Shown in pieces: positions 1 through 10,347 of a stretch of DNA of 64,000 nt. Under the pieces are notes generated by a model. It made no database searches, was not told the DNA's origin, and worked only from the letters and a program-made list of their open reading frames with translations. The stretch lies in the NCBI GenBank assembly GCA_031409275.1, contig JANNXA010000055.1, positions 1-64,000 on the forward strand. Direction: 5' to 3'. Source of the stretch: Planctomycetota bacterium (GTDB lineage Bacteria; Planctomycetota; B15-G4; SIAN01). Position numbers and translations under genes: made by a program. Position 1 is the stretch's first letter. Every line of letters begins with the position of its first letter.

Positions 1-42
1 CCCGATGCTCGCGTCGATCACCTGGTCATTCCCGGGCTCAAA

Positions 43-627
43 GTTGGCTGTTCACCAGCCCCGCGCTTTCTCGATCGAACAAAGAGCTCGAGAGCTTCCG
101 ACCGCGAAAGTTCGCGTCACCGCTTGGGGTGCCTGACCACCACGACGCGAACAGAGAGTCGGCGTCGTTTTCGGGACCGTCGTATCTCGCGCGACTGGCG
201 CGACTCGGGGCGAGGCTCGCGAGCGAGCGACGAGCGGCCTCTGTCAACCACGAGGGCTGCCGCGCTGACGGGCGAGGAGCGCGTTGGCTCCGCGAGCGAT
301 CAGAAAAAGCGAACTGCTCTCTGTTCGCATTCGGGTGCGATCGGGCATCCAAGACCAACTGCGACGCGAAAGCGAACAGCGTAGTGCTCTCGGTCAACAA
401 ACTTTGAGCGACGAGCCGTGGCGTGACAGAATCGTCGAGATTCGCTCCGCCTCGCGGCGTTGCGGTCGCCCGCCTTCGACTGCCGTGCTCTCGGCGCGAA
501 ACGAACGTGGTGGCAGGGGCCGTCGTCGAATCACTGGCTGAGCTCTGGCACGACCGATCCTCCAAGCACCGCATTCAGTCGCGGTTCGGCACGCGCTTCA
601 GCCACGGCCGTTCGGCTGCACCATAAG
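43..627 (+). repeat. Non-coding dispersed element, copy A (right part, ends in the TIR CGGCCGTTCGGCTGCACCATAAG)
   Basis: Very similar to 53841-54424 and shares its core with 7165-7500 and 8720-9004; no credible ORF. Confidence 0.85.
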
Positions 628-1359
628 GCCCCCCCGCCTGAACAACCCGCTGTACGCCACCGCCAGCGACCGGCTCCTCCGCACGTGCGTCGTCCACGTC
701 CGGAGACACTGCAGCAGCTTCGGCGACTCGCCTTCGATGCGACACAGCTCGAGGCCGGCGGCCGCGGCCCATCCGGTCAGCTCGGCGGGACGGATGAAGA
801 GGCGGGCGTCGTGCGTGCCGCGCGGGACGAGGCGCAGCCCCTCGGCGAGCGTGATGGCCAGGAACGACGCGCGCCACGTGCGGTTGAGCGTGCTGACGTA
901 GAGGCAGCCGCCGGGTGCGAGCAGCCGTGCCGCGCTCGCGAAGACCTCGCGCGGATCGCTCACGTGCTCCAGCACGTCGGAGAGCAGGACCAGGTCGGCG
1001 GCGCCGGTCCGGATCGGCGGCGAGCGGAGATCGGCACGCAGGTAGAGCGGCGGCGCGGCGAGGCCGGCGGCGTGCGCGTGGTCGCGCGCGACGGCGACGG
1101 AGGTGCCGCTCAGGTCGCAACCGATCACGCGGGCGCCGCGCGCGGCGAGCGGCTCGGCGAGCAGGCCGCCGCCGCAGCCGAGGTCGACGACGCGGGCGCC
1201 GGATAGCGCGTCGGTGCCGCGGAGTTCCTCGAGCCACGCGAGGAGGCGGCCGAAGCGATGGCGATGGACGGCGTGCAGCGAGCGGAAGCTCGGCGAGCGG
1301 TCGTCCCACCAGTCGCGCGCGTCGCGCTCGTAGATCGTCAGGTCATTGCGCGTGCGCAT
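598..1359 (-). CDS. UbiG-like class I SAM-dependent O-methyltransferase
   Basis: VVDLGCGGGLLAEPLA SAM motif, DVLEHV, STLNRT, VPRGTHD as in UbiG; last codons run into the element TIR. Confidence 0.85.
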   Translation of the reverse strand: MRTRNDLTIYERDARDWWDDRSPSFRSLHAVHRHRFGRLLAWLEELRGTDALSGARVVDLGCGGGLLAEPLAARGARVIGCDLSGTSVAVARDHAHAAGLAAPPLYLRADLRSPPIRTGAADLVLLSDVLEHVSDPREVFASAARLLAPGGCLYVSTLNRTWRASFLAITLAEGLRLVPRGTHDARLFIRPAELTGWAAAAGLELCRIEGESPKLLQCLRTWTTHVRRSRSLAVAYSGLFRRGGLMVQPNGRG

Positions 1360-2737
1360 GCATCACCGCGTGGCACGCCGAGCTGGCGAGCGTGCAGAGG
1401 AAGCGCGGCGCGAGCAGCGCCGTCGGCGGGCGGAGGTGGCCGATCACCGCGAGCAGCGACGTCATCTCCGCCGGCGAGCGCTGCAGGCGACGGGTGAGCG
1501 CGTCGGCGAGCGCCGGGCGTCGCAACAGAAACTGCAGCGCGCGATGGAACGGCCGCTGCTGGCGCGAGCGGCGGCGATGGGCGGTGGCGTAGCAAGCGAG
1601 AGCCTCGGCGAGGCCACGATCCGCAAGAGCCGTGTCCATGCCACGATCGTCACGCCCGTCACGCTCGCCGCGCAACGCCGGAATCAACGCGCTCGCGAGC
1701 AGTTCCGCGCCCTCGATCGCCTGGAGGATCCCCTCGCCGGTCAGCGGATCGACGAAGCCGGCCGCGTCGCCGATCAGCGCCGCGGGCGTCCCGCGAGTCA
1801 CCACCGGCGAACTCACGAGCGTCGTGAGCGGCGCGAGGTAGCGCACGGCGCCGACGAGCTCCGCCTTCGCGAATCGATCGCGCAGCAGCGACGAACGCGC
1901 GGCGGCTTCGCGCAGCCGATCGAAGCCGCTCTGCGATCGCACCGCCTCGGCCATCACGTCCGCGTCTACCACCCATCCCGCGTTCATCCGCCCATCGGGC
2001 AGCGGATCGAGCCCGAGGTAGCTGCCGTCGCGGAACAGGTGCATCTCGCCCTGATCGCCTTGATCGTCCCGGGCGCCCAGCTCGGCGACGCCACGCAACC
2101 ACGCGTGGATGACGCCGCGCTGCACGCCTCGCACGGGCTGCACGAGCCCGAACTGCTGCGCGACCGCGGAGAAGCGGCCGTCCGCGCCGATCACGAGGCG
2201 CGCGCGCCAGCGCTTGTCATTGATGGCATCACCACTCACGTCACTTGAAGGTTTCGCGTCCATCGCGCGCGTGACGACCTCGACCCCGTCGTCCGTCGCC
2301 TCGACGCGCACCACCCGTCGGCCGCGCTCGATGCGCGCGCCCGCCGCGAGCGCCGCCTCCTGCAGCGCCCCATCGAGCTCGACGCGCGGCAGCGAGAGCC
2401 CGCTCCTCGCCACGCCGCGCTCGTCCTGGAAGCGCGCCTCGACCGCGATCCCCGCCGGCGACACGATCCGCATCCCGCCGATCCGCCGCGCACCTCGCGC
2501 GTCCAGCGCGGGCAGCAACCCGAGCCGCTCGAGGATCTGCACCGCGCGCGGCCCGACGAACTCGCCGCAGATCTTCTCGACCGGCTGCGACTCGCGTTCG
2601 AGCACGACGACGGCGAGGCCGGCCCGAGCGAGCAGAGCGGCGGCGACGGATCCGGCCGGACCGGCGCCGACGACAAGGACGTCGCACCGATCACTCGTCG
2701 AGTTGATTCGTGCGGATGGAACGGCCCGCGGATCCAT
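1343..2737 (-). CDS. FAD/NAD(P)-dependent oxidoreductase (geranylgeranyl reductase/halogenase-like)
   Basis: VVGAGPAG Rossmann motif, KICGE, IGADG, IGDAAGFVDPLTGEGI. Confidence 0.9.
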   Translation of the reverse strand: MDPRAVPSARINSTSDRCDVLVVGAGPAGSVAAALLARAGLAVVVLERESQPVEKICGEFVGPRAVQILERLGLLPALDARGARRIGGMRIVSPAGIAVEARFQDERGVARSGLSLPRVELDGALQEAALAAGARIERGRRVVRVEATDDGVEVVTRAMDAKPSSDVSGDAINDKRWRARLVIGADGRFSAVAQQFGLVQPVRGVQRGVIHAWLRGVAELGARDDQGDQGEMHLFRDGSYLGLDPLPDGRMNAGWVVDADVMAEAVRSQSGFDRLREAAARSSLLRDRFAKAELVGAVRYLAPLTTLVSSPVVTRGTPAALIGDAAGFVDPLTGEGILQAIEGAELLASALIPALRGERDGRDDRGMDTALADRGLAEALACYATAHRRRSRQQRPFHRALQFLLRRPALADALTRRLQRSPAEMTSLLAVIGHLRPPTALLAPRFLCTLASSACHAVMHAHAQ

Positions 2738-2787
2738 GCGTTCACGGTACCGAGACGGACTCGACGGTCAGCAATCATCCTCTCCCC

Positions 2788-3222
2788 ATGAAACGCGACC
2801 GCATCGAGCCCATCGTCAGCGAAGTCCTCGCTGCCAGCCCGCGTCGGATCGCCGCCGCCTGGCTCTACGGCAGCATCGCGCGCGGCGACGAGCAGCCAGA
2901 CAGCGACGTCGATGTCGCGCTATTCCTCACCGACGGACCGACCGGGACGCTCGACGACGTTCCCGCGGAGCTCGAGTCGGAGCTGTCGAAGCGGCTCGGT
3001 GCGCATAGCCAGTGCCTGAGCCGGACGATCGTCATCGGCTCGGGTTCGCTGCGACACTCGCTCGCGGAATCCTGCGCCCATTACACTCGAGAACGACCGC
3101 ACCATGGAATCGGCAACGTGCTCATCGAGCCGAGCCCTCGGGTCGGGACCGCGAGCGGCCGAGTCGTGCGCGACTCGCGGCTCGGCGGCCTTCTCAGCTA
3201 TTACCACCGCCTCGCGGCGTAG
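2788..3222 (+). pseudogene. Truncated MNT-type nucleotidyltransferase fused in frame to the C-terminal fragment of an rve integrase
   Basis: LYGSIARGDEQPDSDVDVA motif, then CLSRTIVIG...RLGGLLSYYHRLAA matching the end of 11107-12174. Confidence 0.75.
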
Positions 3223-3242
3223 TTCACGCGACGCCCATGGCA

Positions 3243-3500
3243 GCCCTGCTCCTCACCACGACATTCGGTTCTTTTCCGTCGAGATCTCGACAGCCCGGGC
3301 GGGAAGAGGGCCGTCGATGTGGTCCGCGAAGTGGGGGCGCTGGCCACTGCGTGGTGCTCGCACCGAATGCATGTGCTCCTTGCGATCTCGGACGGCCGGT
3401 TCGTGCAGACGCACTCGGCGGTCGGTGATTCGGTCTCTCGTTAGGTCAGGCGCAGACGGCGCACCGACGCGCGGTTCGCGGCAATGCGCGCGGCACAAGC
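3243..3500 (-). mobile_element. Inverted remnant of the 3' end of the 13500-14996 transposase element
   Basis: Reverse complement resembles 14730-14996 (GTCGAGATCTCGAC palindrome, TGCGCCGTCTGCGCCTGA gene end). Confidence 0.7.
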
Positions 3501-3623
3501 GGTCCGGTGCGCTTCGGCGAGTCGGCGCGCGCTCGGCGCGACCGTCGTGCCGGCGCTCGTGCTCGAGCTGCTGCTGCGGATCGGCGCCGGCTTCGTCGAA
3601 GCGCGCGCACCGGCGACGCGCGC

Positions 3624-4160
3624 GTGACGATCGCGTTCGTCGGCGACAGCCACACCTGGGGCGTCTACTACCCGCGCTCCTCCAGCTATCCGGCGCAGCT
3701 GCAGCGGATCCTCGACGCGGTGCTCGGCGCCGGCAAGGCCGAGGTCGCCTCGCTCGGCCGGCCCGGTCGCGCGACGACGCAGGTCCGCGAGGGGCTCGAC
3801 GAGCTGCTGGCACGCTTCCGCCCCGACTTCCTGTCGTCCTCGCGGGGATCAACGATCGCTGGAACCACCCCGAGTCATCGGCGCTCTCCGAGTTCCTCGC
3901 GCGGCACAGCCGTCTCTGGACGCTCGCGCGCATCGCGCTCGCGCACATCGACGGCAACGTCGCGGCGATCATCGCGTCGCCGCGTGCTGCGCGCTGCCAG
4001 CCGCTCCTGCTCACCTACGCGCCGCCGGACCCGCCGTTCGCGGCGCGGGAACGTCGAGCTCCCGTTCGCGGCCGATGCGACGTTCCAGACCGCGCGCGCG
4101 GTGAAGTGATCCGGCGCTCTCCCGCACGAGCGCTTCCATCCGCCGAGTTCACGCCGTTTG
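3624..4160 (+). pseudogene. SGNH/GDSL hydrolase, frameshifted and truncated
   Basis: IAFVGDSHTWG block I in one frame; VVLAGIND block III continues in another frame near 3835; boundaries approximate. Confidence 0.65.
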
Positions 4161-4233
4161 AACAAACGGAAGGCTTCGGCGGCGACGGTCGGCCCTCCGC
4201 CATCGATCCTGCGCCGGGAAGGCGGCACAGTGT

Positions 4234-6006
4234 TTGCCATCCATCGCGCTGCCCATGCAGGCGATCGGTGCGCAGGCAGCGAACGTCACGCACCATGACG
4301 CCGACCGTGGTGAGCGAGCTACCGCGATGGAAACCTACGCCGAGAACGGGACGATGCTCCAGCCCGATCCGGCGCTCGCCGTCGGACCGTTGGCGCCGCG
4401 GAACAGCTTCGTCGCCGCGCCGGTGGCCGCGCGCCGGTTCGAACCGCCGCGAGGACGTCGGCTCGAGCGCGCTCTCGTCGTCGGCATCCTCGTCGTCCTC
4501 GGAGCGCTCCTCGCGGCTTCGATCGTCGGCTCCCTCGGCTGGAGGATGAAGCACGATCTCCCGTTGAGCCAGTATTCGGCGTTCATGCATCTCGAGCACG
4601 GGACCACGCCGTACCGAGGTCTCTTCGAGATCAGCTTCCCGGGAACGCTCCTCTTCCACCTCGCGATCGCGCGGCTCCTCGGCTTTTCCGACCGCGCGCT
4701 GATGATCGCGAACCTCGTCTGGTTCGTGGCGCTCGCCGCGGCAACCTACAAGCTGATGGCGCCGTTCGGGCGCCTCGTCGCGGCGACCGCGCTCCTCGCC
4801 TCCGGCGCCGCCTACTTCGGGTGCGACGCCGGGATGGTGCTGCAGCGCGACTGCGTCCTGATCCTGCCGGTGGCGCTCGCACTCGTGGTCCATTGCCATC
4901 CGTCGCTGCCGCCGTGGATCCGCCGCGGCGTCGTGGGCGCGCTGGTCGGCTGCGCGACGACGATGAAGCCGCACGCGGCGCTGGCGTTGCTGCCGTTGAT
5001 CGCGAACGACTGGCTCGAGTCGCGAGCGGCCCGACGGTTCGACGGCGGCGCGCCGAGCGGAGCCGCGCGCGCCGCGTCGGCCTACGCCTGCGGCTTCGCC
5101 GTGCCGTGGGCGTGCGCGCTCGGCTGGCTCGCGGCGACCGGAGGCCTCGGCGCGTGGTGGGAGATGGTCCGCGAGTACCTGCCGCTCTACCTGCAGCTCG
5201 ACGGCACCCACGCCACCACGACGGGAATCGAACGGCTGCGCCATGTCGCGCGCGGCCTGCTCGAGTTCGGCGGCCATTCCGGTTACTTCGTCGCCGCGGG
5301 CGTCGGCTCGCTGCTCGCGCTTCGGGTCACGCGGCTCTCGTCACGCTCCGCGAAGATCGCCGGGCTGCTGCTTGCGGAGGCGGTGGTGTTCGCGGTTTAT
5401 CCAGCCTTCGCCGGGCAGTTCTGGGACTACCACTACCTGCCGTTCGTCTACTTCCTCGCCCTGCTCGCCTCGCTCTGCCTGCTACCGGTGCACGCCCCCG
5501 CGAACCTCGGCGTGCGGCTGCTTCCGAGGCTGGCGCTGGTCTTGACGCTGGTCCAGGTCACGAAGGTCGCGCACTCGCTCGAAGCGTCCCTGGCCGGCGG
5601 CGCGGAGCCGGCGGTCAAGCAGGGGCAGGTGGACGAGATCGCGGCGTTCCTGCGGTCGAACCTGCGGCCGGGCGACACGGTGCAACCGCTCGATTGGACC
5701 GGTGGCGTCGTCCACGCGATGCTGATCGCGCGCGCGCCTCTCGCGACGCGCTTCATGTACGACTTCCATCTTTATCACCACGTCTCCCAGCTGTTCGTGC
5801 AGCTCCTCCGCCGCCGGTTCTTCGACGAGTTCGAGAGCTCGAAGCCCCGGTTCGTGATCGAGTACTTCGGGAACGACAAGCCGTGGCCGCGCGGCGTCGA
5901 CACGACGCGCGACTTCCCGAAGCTGCAGCAGATCCTGGCGACCGAGTACTCCATCCGCTCGTCGAGCGCGAAGTACCGGATCCACGAGCGGCTCGGCGGC
6001 GCGTAG
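4234..6006 (+). CDS. Multi-pass membrane protein, possibly a GT-C fold glycosyltransferase
   Basis: Many hydrophobic segments, PYRGLFEISFPG loop, soluble C-terminal domain; real start probably near 4328. Confidence 0.6.
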   Translation: MPSIALPMQAIGAQAANVTHHDADRGERATAMETYAENGTMLQPDPALAVGPLAPRNSFVAAPVAARRFEPPRGRRLERALVVGILVVLGALLAASIVGSLGWRMKHDLPLSQYSAFMHLEHGTTPYRGLFEISFPGTLLFHLAIARLLGFSDRALMIANLVWFVALAAATYKLMAPFGRLVAATALLASGAAYFGCDAGMVLQRDCVLILPVALALVVHCHPSLPPWIRRGVVGALVGCATTMKPHAALALLPLIANDWLESRAARRFDGGAPSGAARAASAYACGFAVPWACALGWLAATGGLGAWWEMVREYLPLYLQLDGTHATTTGIERLRHVARGLLEFGGHSGYFVAAGVGSLLALRVTRLSSRSAKIAGLLLAEAVVFAVYPAFAGQFWDYHYLPFVYFLALLASLCLLPVHAPANLGVRLLPRLALVLTLVQVTKVAHSLEASLAGGAEPAVKQGQVDEIAAFLRSNLRPGDTVQPLDWTGGVVHAMLIARAPLATRFMYDFHLYHHVSQLFVQLLRRRFFDEFESSKPRFVIEYFGNDKPWPRGVDTTRDFPKLQQILATEYSIRSSSAKYRIHERLGGA

Positions 6007-6014
6007 ACGCTCCC

Positions 6015-6752
6015 GTGCAATCGAACGAACCGGCCACCTCGCCCTGGCTGAAGCGCGCCGTACCCCTCGGCGCCGCGGCCGCCATCCTCGCGGCGATCGC
6101 GTTCAAGCTCGCGCTCCCGGAACCGTATTCGTGGTCGATCCGGGAGGATGGCCCGTTCGAGACCGCGACGTGCGCCGCCTACTTCGCCGCGAGCCTCGTC
6201 GCGAGCCTCACGGCGATGCGACTCCGCCGCCGCAGTCTTCCGCTCGACGCCGCGTTCTACGTCGTCCTCGCGCTCGGCTTCTTCTTCGTGGCGGGGGAAG
6301 AGATCAGCTGGGGGCAGCGTCTCTTCGGGGTGAAGGCGCCGGAGTACTTCCGGGAGCACAACTTCCAGAAGGAGCTCAACCTCCACAACTTCGCGACGTC
6401 CCGCATGGTTCACACGGCCTACATCCTGTTGAGCGCGTACGGCGCGATCGGGAGCTTCCTCGTCCCGCGCGCGTGGCGCGAGCGCGCTGCCGCGCGCGTC
6501 GACCGCCTCGTCCCGCAGCGCTTCCTCGCGCCGCTCTTCGTCCCCGCGCTGCTGCTGTTCAGCTACTTCGAGTACTTGAGCCCGTTCCTCGTCCGCCATT
6601 GGGGCGCGCAGTTCGGCTGGGGCAGGACCCATCTCCTCCTCGCGAAGGATCAGGAGCCCGCCGAGCTGCTGCTGGCGATCGGGTACCTCGTATTCGTCGC
6701 CGTGAACCGGTCGCGGCTGGCCGCGCCCCGGCCGCTCCCGTCTCGCGCGTGA
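6015..6752 (+). CDS. Conserved hypothetical membrane protein
   Basis: EDGPFE, EEISWGQR, QKELNLHN and QEPAE motifs between hydrophobic helices; GTG start 8 nt after the upstream stop. Confidence 0.7.
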   Translation: MQSNEPATSPWLKRAVPLGAAAAILAAIAFKLALPEPYSWSIREDGPFETATCAAYFAASLVASLTAMRLRRRSLPLDAAFYVVLALGFFFVAGEEISWGQRLFGVKAPEYFREHNFQKELNLHNFATSRMVHTAYILLSAYGAIGSFLVPRAWRERAAARVDRLVPQRFLAPLFVPALLLFSYFEYLSPFLVRHWGAQFGWGRTHLLLAKDQEPAELLLAIGYLVFVAVNRSRLAAPRPLPSRA

Positions 6753-6780
6753 CGACTCGGCAGGTGCGGCGGTTTCCCGC

Positions 6781-7500
6781 GTAGGGTGCAACCGAACGGC
6801 CGCCCGTAGGGTGCAACCGAACAGCCGCCCCAAAATCCCGGCTTCGTGTCCGATTCCTCGGCGGAATCAGCCGACCGGCCCCAAGCCGTTGCAGCGACGT
6901 TTCCGGCCGTACGCGAGACGCGCTCGTAGGAGGGCAGTGACGTTGTTCACCCTCGTTCGCGATGACGATGCACGCTCGTTCAAACCGGATCAGAACGCGT
7001 TCTCTCGCCGTCAACCAGAGAACGTGTTCGAGTCCTACTCGGTCCCTTTTCGGAACCGGCCTCGTCTCACGATCTCGCCGCTCTCTCGCGACCCAGCGCC
7101 GCAGGAGAAGCTGTCAACCGCAGAGCCGATGTTCGCACCAACGATGCGATTGGTGGGGTCCGGCCTCGGCTGTTAACCAGCCCCGCGCTCTCTCGATCGA
7201 TCAGAGAGTCCGAGAGCTTCCGGCCCCGAAAGTTCGCGTCGCCGCTTGGGGTACCCGATCACGCCGCCGCGAACAGAGAATCGGCGCCGTTTTCGGGATC
7301 GTCGTATCTCGCGCCACACGCGCGACTGGGGACGAGGCTCGCGAGCGAGCTACGAGCGGCCGCTGTCAACCGATTCGGCCGCGGCGCTGACGGGCGAGGA
7401 GCGCGTTGGCTCCCCAAATGATCAGAAAAAGCGAACTGCTCTCTGTTCGCGTTCGGCGGCGATCGGGTGCCCAGGACCAAGTGAGGCGCGAACGCGAACA
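6781..7500 (+). repeat. Non-coding dispersed element, copy B (left part; left TIR doubled at 6781 and 6806)
   Basis: GTAGGGTGCAACCGAAC twice at 25-bp spacing; colinear with 8368-9004. Confidence 0.85.
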
Positions 7501-7631
7501 TCTGCGACTTCGACTCGCGTCTTTCCGCGTGCAGTCCCGGCGATACCGCCCCGCCGCTCAACTCGCGGCTTGCCTTCGCCGAAACATGGTCTAGATTCAG
7601 CCCAGAATTCAGATCTCCTATGAGGTGCACC

Positions 7632-7910
7632 ATGAGCCCACTGCGCGTCTCCAAGGACCTTGTTCCGATCGCGACCTTCAAAGCGAAGGCTTCCGAGATG
7701 GTTCGCCAACTCCGCCGCCGCAAGCGGCCCTTCGTCATCACGCTCAACGGGCGGGCGGCGGCGGTTGTCCTGAGCCCGGAGGAGTTCGACCGCCTCGCCG
7801 ACGAATCTCGGTTCGTGGACGCGGTGCGCGAGGGACTTGCCGACTCCGAGGCTGGGCGCGTGGTCGCCGACGCCGACCTTGACCTCGACGAAGCGACGCC
7901 ACGTCGATGA
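7632..7910 (+). CDS. Phd/YefM family antitoxin
   Basis: PIATFKAKASE...PFVITLNGRAAAVVLSPEEF; ATGA overlap with the toxin. Confidence 0.9.
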   Translation: MSPLRVSKDLVPIATFKAKASEMVRQLRRRKRPFVITLNGRAAAVVLSPEEFDRLADESRFVDAVREGLADSEAGRVVADADLDLDEATPRR

Positions 7911-8209
7911 AACGATCTCTCCTCTGGACGCTGCGTGCGCGGAGGGATCTTGTCGCGATCCGGCGCTACATCGCGCACGACCACCCCGAGACGGCGCGCA
8001 AGTGGATCGAGCGACTGCGGACGCGAGCGCGGGCGGCCGCAGGGTTCCCTCTCGCCGGTCGCGGCGTGCCGGAGATCGAGCGCGAGGACGTGCGCGAAGT
8101 CATCGTCGGCGCGTACCGCATCGTCTACCGCGTACTGAACGACGCCATCCATGTGCTCTGCGTGTTCGAAGGACACCGCTCGTTTCCTCGCGATGCGATT
8201 GATCCGTAG
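7907..8209 (+). CDS. RelE/ParE family toxin
   Basis: WTLRARRDL, FPLAGRGVPE, REVIVGAYRIVYRV. Confidence 0.9.
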   Translation: MKRSLLWTLRARRDLVAIRRYIAHDHPETARKWIERLRTRARAAAGFPLAGRGVPEIEREDVREVIVGAYRIVYRVLNDAIHVLCVFEGHRSFPRDAIDP

Positions 8210-8367
8210 TAGGGTGCGCCGATGAACGTCGTCCGCTGGACCAGCATGAAGCAAGCCACCGCCGACGGCTTGAAGGAGTCGCTCGGCGGGTTCGGCGGTT
8301 GGTTCAGCGGCGGCGAGAAGAACCAATGCTGGAACGCCTACTTGGCAATACTCCCTTCCGAGAGCCC

Positions 8368-9004
8368 GTAGGGTGCACCCGAACGGCCGCCCCCGAGCCA
8401 CCGCATGGTGTCCGAGTGCCTGGCGGAATCAGCCGATCGGCCCCGAGCCGTCACAGCCACGTTTCCGGCTATTCGCGAGATGCGCTCGAAGAAGGGCGGT
8501 CACGCCCGTTCGCGATGACGATGCACGCTCGTTCAAACCGCATCAGAACGCGTTCTCTCGCCGTCAACCAGAGAACGTGTTCGAGTCCTACTCGGTCCCT
8601 TTTCGGAACCGGCCTCGTTTCAAGATCTCGCGGCTCTCACGCGACGCTCCGCCCCAGAAGAAGTTGTCAACCGGAGCGCCGATGTTCGCGTCAACGATGC
8701 GCTTGATGGGGTCCGGCCGCGGCTGTTAACCAGCCCCGCGCTCTCTCGATCGGTCAGAGAGTTCGAGAGCTTCGGACGCCGAAAGTTCGCGTCACCGCTT
8801 GGGGTGCCCAATCACGTCGACGCGAACAGAGAATCTGCGCCGCCTTCGTGACCGTCGTATCTCGCGCGACAGGCGCGACTTGGGACGAGGCTCGCGAGCG
8901 AGCTACGAGCGGCCGCTGTCAACCAGCGGGGCTGGCGCCCTGACGGGCGAGGAGCGCGTTGGCTCCCCGAGTGATCCGGAAAAGCGAACTGCTCTCTGTT
9001 CGCG
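8368..9004 (+). repeat. Non-coding dispersed element, copy C (left part)
   Basis: Starts GTAGGGTGCACCCGAACGGCCG; colinear with copy B. Confidence 0.85.
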
Positions 9005-9218
9005 TCTGCATCGCTTGGTGCCAAGACGGACTCGAACTTCGCGAGGCCGGTTGACAGCGGTCGGCGTCCCATTCGGCGTCGTCTCCCGGGGCGGCGGCTC
9101 CGAGCCGTGATCTCGGTTCGCGTTGGCCGGTCACTTGGACACCGAGTACGACTCGACCTCGCGCTCTCGGCTGACAGCTCGCACAACCTCGACGACGGCA
9201 GCTCGGTGGAGACACTCG

Positions 9219-9449
9219 TCACCCGGCCCGTCGACCTTCGTGAATGAAGCCGACGATCTCCTCGCGACTCAGGCCGAGCCGGATGCCCGGAACATCGAGC
9301 GGCGACTTCCCAATCGAGCGCCGCGGCGTCGGGCGAAGCTCGAACGTCTGACCGTCCCGGTGACGGATATGGACCAACCCGCCACGGCACGCCTCCTCAA
9401 GCAACGAGGCGAGATTCTGCCGAGCTTCCGAGTACGTGTAGACCTTCAT
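9219..9449 (-). CDS. Phd/YefM-like antitoxin (no partner toxin seen)
   Basis: MKVYTYSEARQNLASLLEEA...VHIRHRDGQTF. Confidence 0.8.
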   Translation of the reverse strand: MKVYTYSEARQNLASLLEEACRGGLVHIRHRDGQTFELRPTPRRSIGKSPLDVPGIRLGLSREEIVGFIHEGRRAG

Positions 9450-9459
9450 GCTCCAGACC

Positions 9460-9870
9460 TCAACTCGTCGGAAAAAGCTCGACCTCGACGCCGGGGATTC
9501 GCGGGAAACTGCGCTCGTCGCACGTCGCCACCGAAAAGCCTCGGGCGATCGCCGTGGCCGCGATCAGCAGGTCGTGCGCACCGACCATCGTGCCCTTCCG
9601 TCGAAGCTCCGCGCTCACTGCCGCATGGGCGCGTGCGCAGAGCAGATCGAACGGCACGAGCGGGAGGTCGGCCAAGACCGCCTCGACGAACGCCTCCGCG
9701 CGCGCCTTCTTGCCACCGTCTCGCATCAGATGCAAGCCGACGAGCAGTTCGGACGCCGTGATCGCTGAGATCGCCAGCAGCGCGTCGCGCGCATTCGCGG
9801 CGACGGCCTCAAGATCGAGATGCCCGCGTTGGGCCTCGATGATGACGCTGCTGTCGATCAGCGTGGCCAC
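9460..9870 (-). CDS. VapC family PIN-domain toxin
   Basis: LIDSSVII, ITASELLVG, GAHDLLIAATA, TCDERSFPRIPG. Confidence 0.9.
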   Translation of the reverse strand: MATLIDSSVIIEAQRGHLDLEAVAANARDALLAISAITASELLVGLHLMRDGGKKARAEAFVEAVLADLPLVPFDLLCARAHAAVSAELRRKGTMVGAHDLLIAATAIARGFSVATCDERSFPRIPGVEVELFPTS

Positions 9871-10175
9871 TTCTTGAACTCGGCAGGGGGTTGATTCCGG
9901 ATGCCGTCCTCGACCGCGCTCGCCCATTCGTCACCCGCCGAACCGGCGGCGTCGAGCAACGCCGCGAGGTCGCTCCAGGTGAACTTCCGCGGTTGCGCCG
10001 GCGGCACGATCTCGCAGACCTCTTCCCCGCCTCGCTCGACCAGCACGGTCTCGCCCTGGTAGCGCACGCGATTGAGAACCTCGGCGAAGTTGCGCTGGAC
10101 CTCCGTCGAGGTCAAACGCCGAACACGCCGGCGTCCGATCGTCGCGGGACGGCGCGGGGCCAGGGGACGAGCCAT
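9858..10175 (-). CDS. Phd/YefM family antitoxin paired with VapC
   Basis: LTSTEVQRNFAEVLNRVRYQGETVLVERGG; overlaps the toxin start. Confidence 0.85.
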   Translation of the reverse strand: MARPLAPRRPATIGRRRVRRLTSTEVQRNFAEVLNRVRYQGETVLVERGGEEVCEIVPPAQPRKFTWSDLAALLDAAGSAGDEWASAVEDGIRNQPPAEFKKWPR

Positions 10176-10347
10176 CTCAATCCTCCGTCGAACGGCAGCA
10201 GCCAACCACCAAAGTCAGATTATCTGATCTTCGGGGAACGTCAACCCGCCACGAGGCCCCGCACCGAGCGATGACCGCCCTCCGCATTCGCCGCCTCCTA
10301 TCCGCATGTGGATCGCTCCCCGCCCGAGAACGTCTACGATCGCGCCG

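Noticed and set aside
43..627. Group II intron or integron attC array as the identity of the repeat
   Set aside because: No reverse transcriptase or recognisable domain V, no integron integrase, and the element is far longer than an attC despite ACCGAAC/GTTCGGC boxes.
4821..6014. N-terminal 400 aa of the 643-aa ORF
   Set aside because: Arg-rich off-frame overlap with 4234-6006; the real gene starts near 6015.
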